The position numbers and the translations under genes are program-made. Of a DNA stretch of 64,000 nucleotides, positions 62,431 to 64,000 are shown one piece after another. How positions within the stretch are numbered: position 1 is the stretch's first letter; every line of letters starts with the position of its first letter. Below the pieces are notes generated by a model. It was given only the letters and a program-made list of their open reading frames with translations, searched no databases and had not been told where the DNA came from. The stretch comes from Candidatus Roizmanbacteria bacterium RIFOXYC1_FULL_41_16 (GTDB lineage: Bacteria; Patescibacteriota; Microgenomatia; UBA1406): positions 2,286 to 66,285 of the forward strand of contig MGBO01000014.1 in NCBI GenBank assembly GCA_001788295.1, given 5' to 3'.

Positions 62431-64000
62431 GTTTCCCATGCTGGACAAATAATTTTAAAAGGGCACCAGTCACAATGATAACCCGGACTGGGCTGGTAAT
62501 TACCATCGGTCAATTTCATTAAACTGGCAACCACGTTTTTCTTGGTTTGGGTCAGGTCTTTTTCTTGAGCTTTGGTCTGGAAACGTTCGGTTTTTTCCAG
62601 GTAATAATAGGTGAGCGTAATTTTATCAATTGGTAAATTCAGCAAATTCTTGTCCATGGCGGCCAAGGCATAGATTCCCAGCTGCAATGATTTTTTCAAT
62701 ACCGACGCCTGTGGTTTTTTGCCGGTTTTATAATCAATAATCTCATATTGACTCCCCTGGTGATCGATACGGTCAATTTTGCCGGCAATTTCATACTCCA
62801 GCTTACCTTCTTTTAATTTTAAAACAAACGGCTGCTCCACCGCCACTGTCTGAATCTTAGGAGTATAAAACTGCTGATAATAACGAGTGAGTAATTGTTT
62901 GCCGTGCTTGAAGGTACGATCTTGCATTTGACGGTTGAAATAACCCAACGGAATAAAGCTGTTTTGATAATGATTCAAAAGAACTGTCAAATCAGGCTGC
63001 TGTTTTTTAATCACTTCTTTATAAAACTGTTCCAAAGCCTGATGCACGCTTGAGCCAAAAGACAGAGCCGAAGACTCCGGCTCCGGGACTTTTAAAAGAT
63101 ATCGATACTGATATTGCTTGGGGCAACGATCATAGGTTTCAATCTGCGAATAAGAAAAACGGGTAATTCCATAAGCCTCGGGTTTGATAGCCCGAATTGC
63201 CGGAATTTGAGGTTTGGCCAAATCAAAAATCGACAGTTGCTGTTTATTAGCTCTTGTTTGCTGAACCAGCTTGGCAATCGTATCCTTATCCAACGCTTCA
63301 ATCACAAAAGGCGAAATTTTCTTCTGCCGTTTACCGCCACTATAAAGATCGGCATAAGTAAAATACACCCGGTCGCGAGCCCGGGTAATGGCCACGTAAA
63401 ATAAACGACGCTCTTCTTGAAGGTGAAAATCACCTTGGGGCAGCTGTTCTTTAATTAAAGGCGTCGGGATTGGCAAAATCTCGCTCCGGCGACGAGTGGG
63501 AAACCGATCGGCCACCAGATTACAAATAAAGACTACTTTAAACTCCAAACCCTTGGCAGAATGAGCGGTCAAAATATTAACGGCATTTTCTTTTTCATAA
63601 TCAAAGTCCTCCACTCGAGGCGTGTCTCCTAATTCCAATGACAAATCAATGTGCTCAATCACTTCATTCACGCTGGGCTCGCCAAACTGACCACTGATTT
63701 TTTTTAGCCGTGAAAAAAATTTAGTAATATTATGAAGTCGCTCTTCATCACGCTCAGATTTGATTTCAGACAAAACCTTGAGATAGCCGCTTTTGTCCAA
63801 AAACGCGTAAAGGATTTGCAAAGCTGACTGGTGCGGCGTTTTTTGCAACAAGTCAATCAAAAGATTGTGTAGATTAAGTAAGCGATCTCGGGTTTTGGCT
63901 TTTAAAAAAGGCACGGCTGAACGTAAAGATTGTAATTCCGGATCCGTCACTCCGCCATAAAGCTGTTTGAGAATGACCAAAGTTTCAATCAACGACCGGC
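62427..64000 (-). CDS. UvrD/PcrA-like helicase C-terminal half fused to a Cas4/RecB-type PD-(D/E)xK nuclease with Cys cluster; 5' end beyond window
   Basis: Helicase motifs VNILTAHSAKGLEFKVVFI and RLFYVAITRARDRVYFTY. Nuclease part: FSYSQIETYDRCPKQYQYRYL, IIDYKTGK and C-terminal YHCDWCPFKIICPAW. The frame stays open to nt 64000. Confidence 0.8.
   Translation of the reverse strand, partial: RSLIETLVILKQLYGGVTDPELQSLRSAVPFLKAKTRDRLLNLHNLLIDLLQKTPHQSALQILYAFLDKSGYLKVLSEIKSERDEERLHNITKFFSRLKKISGQFGEPSVNEVIEHIDLSLELGDTPRVEDFDYEKENAVNILTAHSAKGLEFKVVFICNLVADRFPTRRRSEILPIPTPLIKEQLPQGDFHLQEERRLFYVAITRARDRVYFTYADLYSGGKRQKKISPFVIEALDKDTIAKLVQQTRANKQQLSIFDLAKPQIPAIRAIKPEAYGITRFSYSQIETYDRCPKQYQYRYLLKVPEPESSALSFGSSVHQALEQFYKEVIKKQQPDLTVLLNHYQNSFIPLGYFNRQMQDRTFKHGKQLLTRYYQQFYTPKIQTVAVEQPFVLKLKEGKLEYEIAGKIDRIDHQGSQYEIIDYKTGKKPQASVLKKSLQLGIYALAAMDKNLLNLPIDKITLTYYYLEKTERFQTKAQEKDLTQTKKNVVASLMKLTDGNYQPSPGYHCDWCPFKIICPAWET

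Noticed and set aside
1-64000. Search for CRISPR arrays, long direct or inverted repeats, IS elements, rRNA and other structured RNAs (RNase P, tmRNA, SRP, riboswitches).
   Set aside because: No periodic repeat-spacer pattern or IS-like terminal repeats were seen. The longest intergenic spacers are tRNA-occupied gaps (about 200, 120 and 110 nt), the longest free spacer is about 90 nt, and none leaves room for such RNAs. A computational scan would still be needed to exclude small elements.

Overview
This is an almost entirely coding, moderately AT-rich bacterial chromosome segment. It uses the standard code: TGA acts as a stop and an RF2 gene is present. Genes are tightly packed, often with overlapping stop and start codons. 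Streamlined housekeeping genes and a very large investment in envelope glycosylation suggest a small-genome, CPR/Patescibacteria-like monoderm; that placement is inference only.

**Layout**
- 0-17 kb: housekeeping genes. These are SPFH/NfeD, a GT4 plus a DUF2298-type membrane protein, aspS, a D-Ala-D-Ala carboxypeptidase, gltX, a valS-rpmH-era operon, a TsaC::TsaE fusion with tsaD, and tRNA-Met.
- 17-24.7 kb: MazG-like and HIT hydrolases, an ABC-2 exporter, an ATP-cone/PD-(D/E)xK nuclease, a large surface protein, a UgtP-like GT28, tRNA-Pro, and a second atypical CAT-anticodon tRNA.
- 24.7-34.7 kb: a GtrB-like GT2, a cytidylyltransferase, a LytR_C protein, prfB, ftsEX with a coiled-coil M23 protein, and LTD, VanZ and CAP surface proteins.
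- 34.7-60.8 kb: a ~26-kb glycosylation island. It holds rmlA/B/D (no rmlC), ugd, uxs, 3 polyprenyl-phosphate-type GT2s, 9 GT-C-like polytopic membrane proteins, 4 soluble GTs and a Wzx-type flippase.
- 60.8-64 kb: a CPBP protease, a stand-alone 5'-3' exonuclease, and a partial UvrD-like helicase with a Cas4/RecB-type nuclease.

**Most notable observations**
1. The GT-C-rich lipid-linked glycosylation island, including an Arn-like Ugd-Uxs-GT2::GtrA module.
2. An apparently circularly permuted M23 peptidase domain in the FtsEX-adjacent coiled-coil protein.
3. A recurrent TATAAT-like or extended -10 element exactly 7-8 nt upstream of the start codon of operon-first genes. This implies leaderless mRNAs and changes several ORF-track starts.
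4. The TsaC::TsaE fusion.
5. An ATP-cone::nuclease fusion.
6. Two CAT-anticodon tRNAs with C at position 55 of the T-loop.

Two genes missing from the ORF track were recovered by hand: rpmH (11943..12098) and a large edge-truncated ORF (1..1750). No CRISPR array, transposase, integrase or rRNA was seen. All family assignments rest on motif recognition by eye, not on database searches.
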